The position numbers were made by a program, and so were the translations under genes. From an uncultured Nitrosopumilaceae archaeon (GTDB lineage: Archaea > Thermoproteota > Nitrososphaeria > Nitrososphaerales > Nitrosopumilaceae): a stretch of 32,000 nt of DNA. Positions 8,997 through 17,165 of this stretch are shown in pieces (the first letter of the stretch is position 1; the number at the start of each line of letters is the position of its first letter). Below the pieces are notes generated by a model. It worked only from the letters and a program-made list of their open reading frames with translations. It was not told the DNA's origin and did no database searches. The DNA is taken from contig CAYGLP010000005.1 in assembly GCA_964350965.1 (NCBI GenBank), forward strand, positions 17,899-49,898, in the 5' to 3' direction.

Positions 8997-9504
8997 TTTG
9001 TCACAAGAAACAGTTGAACGCGTTTATACAATAAATCTCGGGAAAGTTTTGCTTTCTCCAAATAACCAAAGAGCAAAGAGGGCAATTAACATGATACGAG
9101 AATTTGCAATTCGTCACATGAAATCTGAAGATGTAAAGATAGAAGAAGACGTAAGTCACTTGGTTTGGGCAAGAGGAATAAGACACCCTCCAAGAAAGAT
9201 TCGAGTCAAATTAACAAAAGATGGTGATGGCACTGTATTGATTTCAAAATATCAAGAAGAAAAACCAAAGAAGGAAGAAACAGTAGTGAAGAAACCAAAG
9301 TCTAAAAAAACAGAAAAGGTAGAAGAAAAAACTGAAGAACCAAAACCAGCTAAATCAGAACCAACGCCAGAAAAAAAATCAGAAACAAAAGAAAAACCAA
9401 AAGCAGAAGCAAAGCCAGGGAAACCAAAGAAAGAAGAAAAATCTGAAAAGAAAACCGAAGAAAAAGCTAAAACAAAATCCAGCGTAAAATCAAAGAAAAA
9501 ATAA
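8989..9504 (+). CDS. rpl31e: 50S ribosomal protein L31e with a long Lys/Glu-rich C-terminal extension
   Basis: The first ~85 aa ([10 protein letters not shown]...[10 protein letters not shown]...[19 protein letters not shown]) match L31e. Conserved residues precede the first ATG, so the start is TTG at 8989 or TTG at 8998. The latter lies 9 nt after an AGGAG at 8984-8988. Confidence 0.85.
   Translation: MDNLSQETVERVYTINLGKVLLSPNNQRAKRAINMIREFAIRHMKSEDVKIEEDVSHLVWARGIRHPPRKIRVKLTKDGDGTVLISKYQEEKPKKEETVVKKPKSKKTEKVEEKTEEPKPAKSEPTPEKKSETKEKPKAEAKPGKPKKEEKSEKKTEEKAKTKSSVKSKKK
9250..9501 (+). repeat. Low-complexity Lys/Glu/Pro-rich coding tract (purine-rich DNA) forming the L31e tail
   Basis: Residues ~88-171: [84 protein letters not shown]. 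Confidence 0.8.
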
Positions 9505-9507
9505 ATT

Positions 9508-10461
9508 CTATTCTATCTGATTTAATTCAAGATCCAATTTTATGCTACACTCAGGATCATCCCAATCTAAAGTATTTTTGATTGGAATAATTCCGAGTGG
9601 ATCATACTTGTCAAATCTTGTTTCACCGTTAACTGATGTAAGCAAAATGACTTTGGAATTTTCAGCAGCTACAACAGAAAGACTTACACGAGTACTATCG
9701 TCATTAAAAATTCCACTGATTGTATTGACCATTGAATTCAACACACCTACAGAAACTTTGTTTCCGCCCATGACATATAGCATTGCACTTTTGACACTGT
9801 TTGGAGGAGCATCTTCGTAAAGCATCTTTATGGAATCTCTAAGCGATGTCTGAACATCTGACATGTCCTTGCTTGTTGAAAGAATGTTTGTTTCAAGAGG
9901 AACAGACGAAGATTTCAGAGAAGAAATCACTTCAAGCAGTGCTGCGTTTGTTATATTGTTACAAAAAACAGGTGTAAGGTCTGGATTGCTGTCAAGAAGT
10001 GCATCATTATCTACTATAATCATACAGTCAGAATTAGCTTTTAGTCTCTTTAGGGAAACACCAGAAAAGAAGATTCTATCCTTTTCAAACTTGAATGGCA
10101 TTATGCCAAAGGAAAGTACGTTTTTCCCAAGTTCTTTTCCTGCTTGAGACACTACTGGGGCTAAAGCAGCGCCAGATTTGCCTGCAAGATTTGCGATTAT
10201 GATTATTGTGGAATAATTGGCAAATTTCTCTTTTAGATCGTCAAGAACACCAAAAGAAACCCCTCTGATAAGATATGATGATGGGTTAAGAACTGGAGTT
10301 GTATTTATCATAATTTTAGAGCAGTCAGATTCTAGATCCTTTGCGTCATGACTTATCAAAAGACATTCAGAATTCAGTTTTTCTTTGGCTTTAATGGCTA
10401 GTCTACATGCGGCTCCCCCAAGTCCAACAACTAGTACTGGTTCTTGCATTTCAAACTCCAT
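9508..10461 (-). CDS. FtsZ/tubulin-family homologue with a degenerate GTP-binding signature
   Basis: 317 aa, collinear with FtsZ: VLVVGLGGAACRLA (T1 region), IIIANLAGKSGAALAPV in place of the GGGTG[ST]G T4 loop, IMPFKFE (cf. PFxFEG), IVDNDAL (cf. xPNdxL). Confidence 0.7.
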   Translation of the reverse strand: MEFEMQEPVLVVGLGGAACRLAIKAKEKLNSECLLISHDAKDLESDCSKIMINTTPVLNPSSYLIRGVSFGVLDDLKEKFANYSTIIIIANLAGKSGAALAPVVSQAGKELGKNVLSFGIMPFKFEKDRIFFSGVSLKRLKANSDCMIIVDNDALLDSNPDLTPVFCNNITNAALLEVISSLKSSSVPLETNILSTSKDMSDVQTSLRDSIKMLYEDAPPNSVKSAMLYVMGGNKVSVGVLNSMVNTISGIFNDDSTRVSLSVVAAENSKVILLTSVNGETRFDKYDPLGIIPIKNTLDWDDPECSIKLDLELNQIE

Positions 10462-10535
10462 AACTCTCTTTGCTTCCCATATAAGTTAAAAAACTTTGTT
10501 GATTAGTTTTGATCCTATCTTGGATCTAAAAGATT

Positions 10536-11804
10536 TTAGCTTAAAGTTTTACCATGCAACCCATATTGTGTGGCTTTTACGATCTCGACTCTGATTTTTT
10601 CTCCTAATTTTATATCCTCATCTATAACTACGGGTTTGTAGGCAAAGTTTCTACCTTTAATTATACTATCTGATGTTTCATCAAACAACACCTCACCTTT
10701 CCAACCTATCCATTCCTTGTTTCTCTCATAGGCTATCTTCTTTGCCAACTCAAATACGATCTTACTTCGTCTTTTTACTTCAGACACGTCAAGCTGCTTC
10801 ATTTGAGAAGCCTTTGTACCAGGTCTTGCACTATACCGTGAGAGATTTATCACATCAGGTTTGGTTTTTTTTATCAATTCTACTGTCTGTTCAAAATCTT
10901 CCTCACTTTCAGATGGGAATCCCACTATGACATCGGTTGAGATTGTAAACTTGCCAAACTTTTTTTGGAATTTCTCAGTTGTATCCATAAAGACTTTGGT
11001 TGTATGGCCACGCTTCATCTCTTTTAGGACTCTACTGCTGCCGCTTTGAACAGGAATGTGAAGGAATTTGAAGACTTTATCATTTTCAAATGCTTCCAAG
11101 AGACCATCTCGAATTCTTGGCATGTACATGGGATTCATCATGCCTACTCTAATCATAAAATCTCGATTTATCTCTCCTACCGAAGTTATTAGACCTGGCA
11201 AGTCTGTTCCTATATCCAATCCATAACAGCCGTTATCTGTGGATGAAAGCCAGATCTCTTTACATCCGTCATCTACATCATGCTTTACTTGTCTGACAAT
11301 GTCGCCAACTCGATAGCTACTCAAGTCGCCTTTGGAGAGTTTTGTTTGGCAAAAAGTACACTCATTCATACATCCGCTTGCAATCTCTATTATTCCGACA
11401 ACTGGATTTAGTCTTACTTTTGGCAAGCCAATTTTAGAAGCATCAGAATCTTCCAGCTCGATTCTTCTTTTTCCTTTTAATGTAAAGTCTATGACATCAA
11501 GAGTTTTTCCAATTGAATTTGGCCCAAGCATACTTGCATGAGGACCAAATTTTTCAACGGTAGTTCTTTCAGCTTTTGGTAGACATCCTGCTACTATGAG
11601 CGGCTTTGATTTGAGTTTTTTTATTCGATGTACCATTTTGTCTGCGGTAACATCCTTTACAGAACAAGTAACAATCAAGTTCAAGTCTGCATCTGATGTG
11701 CTTTGAGCAAGAGTGTGGCCGCCATTAACAATAAGGCCAGAAATCATTTCAGAGTCTGCAAAACTTGCAGAACAACCGTATGCTTCTACCCAGATCTTTG
11801 CCAT
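10536..11804 (-). CDS. Radical-SAM methylthiotransferase, MiaB/MtaB (CDKAL1-like) family
   Basis: 422 aa. N-terminal MTTase domain IWVEAYGCSASFADSE. Radical-SAM cluster motif CMNECTFC. C-terminal TRAM-like segment. Confidence 0.85.
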   Translation of the reverse strand: MAKIWVEAYGCSASFADSEMISGLIVNGGHTLAQSTSDADLNLIVTCSVKDVTADKMVHRIKKLKSKPLIVAGCLPKAERTTVEKFGPHASMLGPNSIGKTLDVIDFTLKGKRRIELEDSDASKIGLPKVRLNPVVGIIEIASGCMNECTFCQTKLSKGDLSSYRVGDIVRQVKHDVDDGCKEIWLSSTDNGCYGLDIGTDLPGLITSVGEINRDFMIRVGMMNPMYMPRIRDGLLEAFENDKVFKFLHIPVQSGSSRVLKEMKRGHTTKVFMDTTEKFQKKFGKFTISTDVIVGFPSESEEDFEQTVELIKKTKPDVINLSRYSARPGTKASQMKQLDVSEVKRRSKIVFELAKKIAYERNKEWIGWKGEVLFDETSDSIIKGRNFAYKPVVIDEDIKLGEKIRVEIVKATQYGLHGKTLS

Positions 11805-11805
11805 T

Positions 11806-13227
11806 TTATCCCAATAATGAATTTACTTCTTTTTCACTCATCAATCCTTTTGAGATCACGAGTTGTCTGATTGTTTTGCCAGTCTTCAAAGATTCTTTGT
11901 ATAGCTCCGCGGATTTTTGATAACCAATCTTTGGAGAAAGTAATGTTACTATGACAGGACTATTTTCTATGTATTGGCGAAGCTTCTGCTTGTTTGCAGA
12001 CAAGCCGTCAATCAAATTATGAGAAAATATTGGAACAAAATTCCTTAACATGTCTGTAGATTCTAAAACAGATTTGAGCATGACTGGCAACATCACATTA
12101 AGCTCAAACTGTCCAGCCTGTGCAGCAAGTGCAACAACTGTATCATTACCTATTATGTTAAAACAAATCATGTTCATGCATTCTGCAAGTGATGGATTCA
12201 CTTTGCCTGGCATTATGGAAGAACCAGCATGAACTGCAGGTATGCCAATCTCAGATAGACCAGCAACAGGACCTGATGCCATCAATCTGATATCGTTTGA
12301 AATCTTGCCAATCTCCACTGCCAAGTTTCTGAGCGTGGAAGATAGATTAACAACTGCAAACTTGCTTTGCAAGGAATACTGCATGTCTTGTTGTGGCTTT
12401 AATGGCAGTTTTGAGATTCTTCCAAGTTCTGATATTGCTATGTTTCTGTAACCTTTTGGTGTGTTTGCTCCAGTACCTACTGCAGTTCCTCCTAATGCCA
12501 CATATTCTAATTCTTTTCTTGCAACAACTATGGCATCACGAGCTTTTGCAACTGACATAGAATATGCAGCAAATTCTTTTCCAAGACTTACTGGAAGAGC
12601 ATCCATTAGATGAGTTCTTCCAATTTTTTGAAAACCAGAAAACTCTCGTGCTTTTTTATTTAATGATTTGATCAAATCATCAAGAACTGGAATAACCTGC
12701 TTTAGATTAAATAAAATAGAAACATGCATCGCAGTTGGAAACGTATCATTACTTGATTGTGACATGTTGACATGATCATTTGGATGAACGATGTCGTATT
12801 TTCCCTTTTTTTGTCCTAAAATTTCAAGCGCAATATTTGCAATTACTTCATTTACATTCATGTTAAATGCAGTTCCAGCCCCAGAGTTTATTGCTTCAAC
12901 AACAAATTGGTCAAGATATTTCCCAGATAACACTTCATCGCACGCTTTTACAATTGCATTTCCGCGTTTTTTATCAAGTGTTGCAGTTCTCATATTTGCA
13001 ATTGTAGCTGATCTTTTGATCATAACAAATGCCATTGTTAAATAAAGATGTGATCGTTGACCCGTGACATTATACTGTTGAATTGCTCTAGCTGTAAAAG
13101 CACCATAGTATGAATCTTCAGGAATTTTTACTTCGCCTAAGGAATCTCGATCTACTCTAAACTTCACACGCAAGCTAGAATTCGTTTTACTAATATTCAT
13201 TACTTTCTGTAAAAATGAAAAAAACAT
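11806..13227 (-). CDS. Class II fumarate hydratase / aspartase-family lyase (FumC-like)
   Basis: Fumarate-lyase signature GSSIMPGKVNP, SSNDTFPTAMH, TGANTPKGY. An alternative ATG at 13200 (MNISKTN...) is equally plausible. Confidence 0.85.
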   Translation of the reverse strand: MFFSFLQKVMNISKTNSSLRVKFRVDRDSLGEVKIPEDSYYGAFTARAIQQYNVTGQRSHLYLTMAFVMIKRSATIANMRTATLDKKRGNAIVKACDEVLSGKYLDQFVVEAINSGAGTAFNMNVNEVIANIALEILGQKKGKYDIVHPNDHVNMSQSSNDTFPTAMHVSILFNLKQVIPVLDDLIKSLNKKAREFSGFQKIGRTHLMDALPVSLGKEFAAYSMSVAKARDAIVVARKELEYVALGGTAVGTGANTPKGYRNIAISELGRISKLPLKPQQDMQYSLQSKFAVVNLSSTLRNLAVEIGKISNDIRLMASGPVAGLSEIGIPAVHAGSSIMPGKVNPSLAECMNMICFNIIGNDTVVALAAQAGQFELNVMLPVMLKSVLESTDMLRNFVPIFSHNLIDGLSANKQKLRQYIENSPVIVTLLSPKIGYQKSAELYKESLKTGKTIRQLVISKGLMSEKEVNSLLG

Positions 13228-13276
13228 GAGAAACTTTTGTCAAATCTGGCAGATCTTGGAAGTTGTGCACCATAGA

Positions 13277-13284
13277 TTAATATA
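13277..13284 (+). promoter_or_regulatory. TATA box for nirK
   Basis: TTAATATA centred 27.5 nt upstream of the ATG at 13308. Confidence 0.5.
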
Positions 13285-13293
13285 CTCAAAATT

Positions 13294-13309
13294 GATCGAT
13301 TGGATCGAT
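13294..13309. promoter_or_regulatory. Tandem GATCGAT heptamers (two ATCGAT palindromes) spanning the nirK start codon and predicted TSS
   Basis: tGATCGATtgGATCGATg. The second copy overlaps the ATG at 13308. It lies between the TATA box and the start codon. Confidence 0.35.
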
Positions 13310-14648
13310 GAACAAGCGTTATAGTATACTGTCTATCGCTGCAGTTGCAGTAATGGCAGCAACGTTGTTCGGAAGCACGTACTCGCAGTCACAAATGACT
13401 GGAAGCACAATGTCTGTTTCAAAAACTGATGCAGATGTAATGCAAAAGATCCATGACATGGGCGGTCTAGAATTAGTAATGCCAGCGGCATTTGCTGAAA
13501 CAGATTGTTCTGCCTTGGAAGAATCGGGTCGTAATGTGGTAGAATTCAATCTTACTGGTGAAAGTGCAGAATTGCCAATAATGGGTGGTGGAACCTATAA
13601 TGCAATGACCTTTAGTGGCCAAGTTCCAGGTCCTACACTCAGAGTCACACAAGGTGATGTTGTCAAGATGACACTCACAATTCCAGAAGGTGAACCAACT
13701 CCACACGGAAACGATATGCATGCTTCACAGATGTCTGCAGGAAACTTTGGTAAAGTTCTACCAGGAACATCCAAGACATACTGTTACATTGCACAAGTAC
13801 CTGGTACCTTCAAGTACCATTGCTCTGGTGTTGATGTAGCAGCAATGGATCAACACGTCTTATCTGGAATGTATGGTATGACAATCGTTGACCCAATCGA
13901 TGGATACAAGAAACTCATGGTAGAATCAACTGATGTAGATGGTGGCGATGTCGTAAAGACACGAAACATGTATCCTGCTGATGCTCTAGAGTTCCAGTTA
14001 CAGTACAATCAATTGTACTTGACTGAAGACGGCAACTATGATCAGAGTGCAATGTTCCAGCATCACCACACTCTATCAGTAGTTAACGGATTCTCACTTG
14101 GATATGTTCCAAACGAAATCTTTAACGAATTGATAAATGGTGAAAAAGGCAAAAATGTCTTTGTTTTACAACCTTGGAATTCAGGTGATCTGAAACAGTA
14201 CCAATCATGGCCTATACTGGTACCAACTGATACCCACACAAGATGGTTTGTTGAAAACCAAGGTAACGAGCCAGTTTACTTCCACATCGTGGGAGAAATA
14301 ATTGACAGAGTTACTCAAGCAAACAGGGTACAAGCACAAGGTACTGAGACATGGCTAATTGGTGGATCACAAGGAGCAATAATGGATGTTGTCTTTGATG
14401 AACCAGGAGTCTATGTGGCAGTAAACCACGACTATGCTCAAATCTTTACTGGAAGTGCATCTGTGATTGTTGCAGGCAATCCATTTGGATTGGATGTATG
14501 TAACGCAGATTCATGCACAAACGTAGGTAACCCAAGTGATGTTATTCCACCTATGGGTAAGAATAGCATGTCACAAGAAAAGATAAACTTGCATGGTTTG
14601 TACACTGACGAACGTGCTGACGAAGTAAAAGCTGAATTAGGAATTTAA
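13308..14648 (+). CDS. nirK: NirK-like multicopper oxidase (copper nitrite reductase family), secreted
   Basis: Signal peptide MNKRYSILSIAAVAVMAATLFG. HGNDMH (cf. NirK H95-x4-H100 with catalytic Asp). YHCSGVDVAAMDQHVLSGM (H-C...H-x4-M ligands of T2/T1 Cu). YFHIVGEIIDRV (cf. the His306 region). Confidence 0.85.
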   Translation: MNKRYSILSIAAVAVMAATLFGSTYSQSQMTGSTMSVSKTDADVMQKIHDMGGLELVMPAAFAETDCSALEESGRNVVEFNLTGESAELPIMGGGTYNAMTFSGQVPGPTLRVTQGDVVKMTLTIPEGEPTPHGNDMHASQMSAGNFGKVLPGTSKTYCYIAQVPGTFKYHCSGVDVAAMDQHVLSGMYGMTIVDPIDGYKKLMVESTDVDGGDVVKTRNMYPADALEFQLQYNQLYLTEDGNYDQSAMFQHHHTLSVVNGFSLGYVPNEIFNELINGEKGKNVFVLQPWNSGDLKQYQSWPILVPTDTHTRWFVENQGNEPVYFHIVGEIIDRVTQANRVQAQGTETWLIGGSQGAIMDVVFDEPGVYVAVNHDYAQIFTGSASVIVAGNPFGLDVCNADSCTNVGNPSDVIPPMGKNSMSQEKINLHGLYTDERADEVKAELGI

Positions 14649-14663
14649 ATCCCTAATATTCCC

Positions 14664-14676
14664 TTTTTTGTTTTTT
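14664..14676 (+). terminator. Oligo-T terminator candidate after nirK
   Basis: TTTTTTGTTTTTT begins 16 nt after the nirK stop. Archaeal RNA polymerase terminates at T-runs. Confidence 0.45.
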
Positions 14677-14690
14677 AGTATACACAATGA

Positions 14691-14697
14691 TTATATT
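14691..14697 (+). promoter_or_regulatory. TATA-like box for serA
   Basis: TTATATT centred ~26 nt upstream of the ATG at 14720. Confidence 0.45.
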
Positions 14698-14719
14698 CTG
14701 TACATAGTGGTTCATTTTC

Positions 14720-15652
14720 ATGAGTTTTAACCAATCTGTTTTGATCTGTGATCAAGTAGCACCAATTCTAAATGATATCCTACAAAAAAACGGTTTACAA
14801 ATTACATACGAACCAGAAATTACTCCAGATCAGATCAAAGAAAAGATTGGGGCTTTTGATATTGTCATAGTAAGAAGCAGAACTAAACTAACAAAAGACA
14901 TGATAGAAAAGGCAGACAAGTGTAAGATAATTGCACGAGTAGGTGTCGGTCTTGATAACATTGATGTCGATGCAGCTAAAGCAAAAGAAATCAGAGTAAT
15001 AAATGCCGTTGAAGGTGCAATGAATGCTGTAGCAGAACTTGTTTTGGGATTAATGCTGTCGCTTGCAAGAGAACTTCCAAGAGCTGACCGAGAAATACGA
15101 AATGGAAAATGGCTCAAAAAAGAATTGATGGGAACAGAACTGTCAGGAAAGTATCTTGGAATAGTTGGACTTGGAAACATAGGTAAAAGACTTGCCAAAT
15201 ATGCAAGGGCATTAAACATGAACATCATAGGATATGATGTTATCCCAATAGCTGATGAGTTCGTACGCGAAGTTGGATTGATAAAAACAGATCTTGATAC
15301 ACTGCTTTCAAGTGCTGATTACATCTCATTTCATGTTCCATTCACAAATGATACACATCATCTAGTAAATTCACAAAGACTTGGAAAAATGAAAAAAACT
15401 GTTTATCTTATTAACACTTCTAGGGGAGAAATCATAGATGAAGAGGCACTGTACACTGCATTAAAAAATGGAAAGATTGCAGGCGCAGCTTTGGATGTGT
15501 TTGAAAAAGAACCGGCAACAGGAAACAAACTTGCAACATTACCAAACGTCATTTGTACTCCTCACATAGGTGCGCAGACAAAAGAAGCTCAGACTTTAGC
15601 TGCAAATGTTATAGCAGAAAAGATAATAATGATTCTACGAGGCGTAATTTAG
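14720..15652 (+). CDS. serA: D-3-phosphoglycerate dehydrogenase / D-isomer-specific 2-hydroxyacid dehydrogenase (no ACT domain)
   Basis: 310 aa. NAD fold GIVGLGNIGKRLA. Catalytic-region motifs INTSRGEIID and CTPHIGAQT. Confidence 0.8.
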   Translation: MSFNQSVLICDQVAPILNDILQKNGLQITYEPEITPDQIKEKIGAFDIVIVRSRTKLTKDMIEKADKCKIIARVGVGLDNIDVDAAKAKEIRVINAVEGAMNAVAELVLGLMLSLARELPRADREIRNGKWLKKELMGTELSGKYLGIVGLGNIGKRLAKYARALNMNIIGYDVIPIADEFVREVGLIKTDLDTLLSSADYISFHVPFTNDTHHLVNSQRLGKMKKTVYLINTSRGEIIDEEALYTALKNGKIAGAALDVFEKEPATGNKLATLPNVICTPHIGAQTKEAQTLAANVIAEKIIMILRGVI

Positions 15653-15663
15653 AATTGGCTACG

Positions 15664-16401
15664 ATGAAATTGTTATTTTTCATATTAGTACTTGGTTTTT
15701 CACCATCATTTGTTTTTGCAGAAGAACAAATCATATCAGTGGATTATGGGAAACTATACAACATAACTTATGATGCAAAAGACGTAACCATTTTTGAAGT
15801 AATTCCTAATTCTGATGATATAGAACTCATTTTTGAAATTGATGTAACAAGTCCAATTGCAACACTAGAATTGACAATTCCAAGAGAACTGCTTGATTCT
15901 AAAGAAAATGGAAACGATGTTGATTTCTTTATAATTGCTGATAATACCGATGTTACATTTTCCGAAAAGGAAGCAACCGATACTACTAGAACCATCTTCA
16001 TACAATTATCGCCAGGAACTACAGAGCTGGAAGTCTTTGGAACGCAGTTGGGAAGTAGTGTATCTGAAAGCGAACCTGCAATAGAAGAACCAAAAGAAGA
16101 ACCTGCAAAAGAAATCCCTCAAGAAGAAGCATCTGAAGAACCTCCAACTGCAGAACAAGCACCTGATGAATTTACTACTGAGGAAGAATCATCTGAAGAA
16201 GAGATAATTCCTACAACTGAAGAAAAACCATCTCAAGAAAAAACACAAAACATGTTTGACTTTTCTAAAATGTCGAACTGGTACATACCAACAAATGAAA
16301 GACAGATGCAACAATTTTTGATGACAGCTGGTGCTTTTGCTGCACTTGCTATTGTCCTTATAGTCTTCAAGGGTTTACGAACGGAAAAATCTCTCCCATA
16401 A
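15664..16401 (+). CDS. Hypothetical secreted protein: beta-sandwich-like domain, acidic Glu/Pro linker, C-terminal TM anchor
   Basis: I trim the track ORF (15553) to the ATG at 15664, which gives a clean signal peptide MKLLFFILVLGFSPSFVFA. The upstream part overlaps serA in another frame. C-terminal TM FLMTAGAFAALAIVLIVF. Confidence 0.65.
   Translation: MKLLFFILVLGFSPSFVFAEEQIISVDYGKLYNITYDAKDVTIFEVIPNSDDIELIFEIDVTSPIATLELTIPRELLDSKENGNDVDFFIIADNTDVTFSEKEATDTTRTIFIQLSPGTTELEVFGTQLGSSVSESEPAIEEPKEEPAKEIPQEEASEEPPTAEQAPDEFTTEEESSEEEIIPTTEEKPSQEKTQNMFDFSKMSNWYIPTNERQMQQFLMTAGAFAALAIVLIVFKGLRTEKSLP
16060..16242 (+). repeat. Acidic Glu/Pro/Ser-rich low-complexity linker (coding)
   Basis: SVSESEPAIEEPKEEPAKEIPQEEASEEPPTAEQAPDEFTTEEESSEEEIIPTTEEKPSQEK. 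Confidence 0.8.
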
Positions 16402-16423
16402 ATTGTAATGTCTTAAAATAACA

Positions 16424-17053
16424 TTATACTACGATTATTCCATTTCTAAGAAGGTATTGTATTCCCAACGCAAAATCAGAATCAGATATGAGATTATTTA
16501 CCCACCATCCTGCATTAATTTTGATCCACGCAGGTATTTTTATAACACTACTTGAACCTTGGAATTCTGATTCAAGTATAGTGATAACTTTTTCTTTTAT
16601 GAGATATTCAATGCCTCTTGCAAAATCTTTGTCAGTGGCAAGTCCTTTAGACCACAATTCCACTATTTTCTTAACCGATGAGGGAATGACAATTGTATCT
16701 GAATCGATTATCCTAAATGATGTACTAGTTTTAGCGCCGGAATATTCTACATCTAAATGATAAACTCCTGGCTTGTATATTACAGGATCAAAAGACTCTC
16801 TTGCTGTTATTGAGGTAGTAGTATTAACTATCTGAAGTACAACCGATGAGCTATTTTTTCCTGATTCATCTCTGATGTGAAGAGTTAATGTTTTCCCTGT
16901 TACATCAGATACTTGTATTACAAATGAAAGAAGATCGCCGTATTGATATTCTGGCTTGTTTGTCTGAATTGAAAGTGAAATAGCTGACGCAACATTAATT
17001 TCATTTATAAAAATTAGAGCCACAAAAATTAGCACAATATTTTTACTAGACAA
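16424..17053 (-). CDS. Hypothetical secreted protein with two C-terminal W..L.[ST]D.DFA.GI[EQ]YL repeats
   Basis: 209 aa, TTG start. Signal peptide MSSKNIVLIFVALIFINEINVASA. An ATATTAT box on the coding strand is centred ~28 nt upstream of the start. Confidence 0.65.
   Translation of the reverse strand: MSSKNIVLIFVALIFINEINVASAISLSIQTNKPEYQYGDLLSFVIQVSDVTGKTLTLHIRDESGKNSSSVVLQIVNTTTSITARESFDPVIYKPGVYHLDVEYSGAKTSTSFRIIDSDTIVIPSSVKKIVELWSKGLATDKDFARGIEYLIKEKVITILESEFQGSSSVIKIPAWIKINAGWWVNNLISDSDFALGIQYLLRNGIIVV
16427..16681 (-). repeat. Two copies of a ~35-aa protein motif (aa 125-157 and 173-209)
   Basis: PSSVKKIVELWSKGLATDKDFARGIEYLIKEKVI versus PAWIKINAGWWVNNLISDSDFALGIQYLLRNGII. Confidence 0.75.
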
Positions 17054-17165
17054 TTTATTTTCGATAGTAACTATTTCATAATATGCGTTTATCCCTTTAC
17101 AAAATGGTTCATTTTATTATGGAAAAGATGGTACAGATATTAAGGGGAATTTGATAGAGCCGAAT

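Noticed and set aside
8819-9085. 88-aa minus-strand ORF from the track, covering the L39e/L31e junction
   Set aside because: The plus strand encodes a textbook L39e and the conserved N-terminus of L31e. The minus-strand translation is hydrophobic and low-complexity with no recognisable motif, so it is an antisense shadow ORF.
9250-9501. Purine-rich, repetitive-looking DNA (aaa/gaa/cca units) that could be a tandem repeat or array
   Set aside because: It has no fixed period and no spacer/repeat structure. It is in frame with, and continuous with, L31e, so it is coding low-complexity sequence rather than a CRISPR array or satellite.
15553-15663. N-terminal 37 codons of the track ORF 15553-16401
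   Set aside because: This part overlaps the 3' end of serA in another frame and is Cys/Arg/Ser-rich nonsense. The ATG at 15664 yields a canonical signal peptide.
17151-17165. TTG start for L15e as given by the ORF track
   Set aside because: The ATG at 17166 is in frame 15 nt downstream and better fits both the L15e N-terminus and the upstream A/T box spacing. The difference is only 5 codons and is not decisive.
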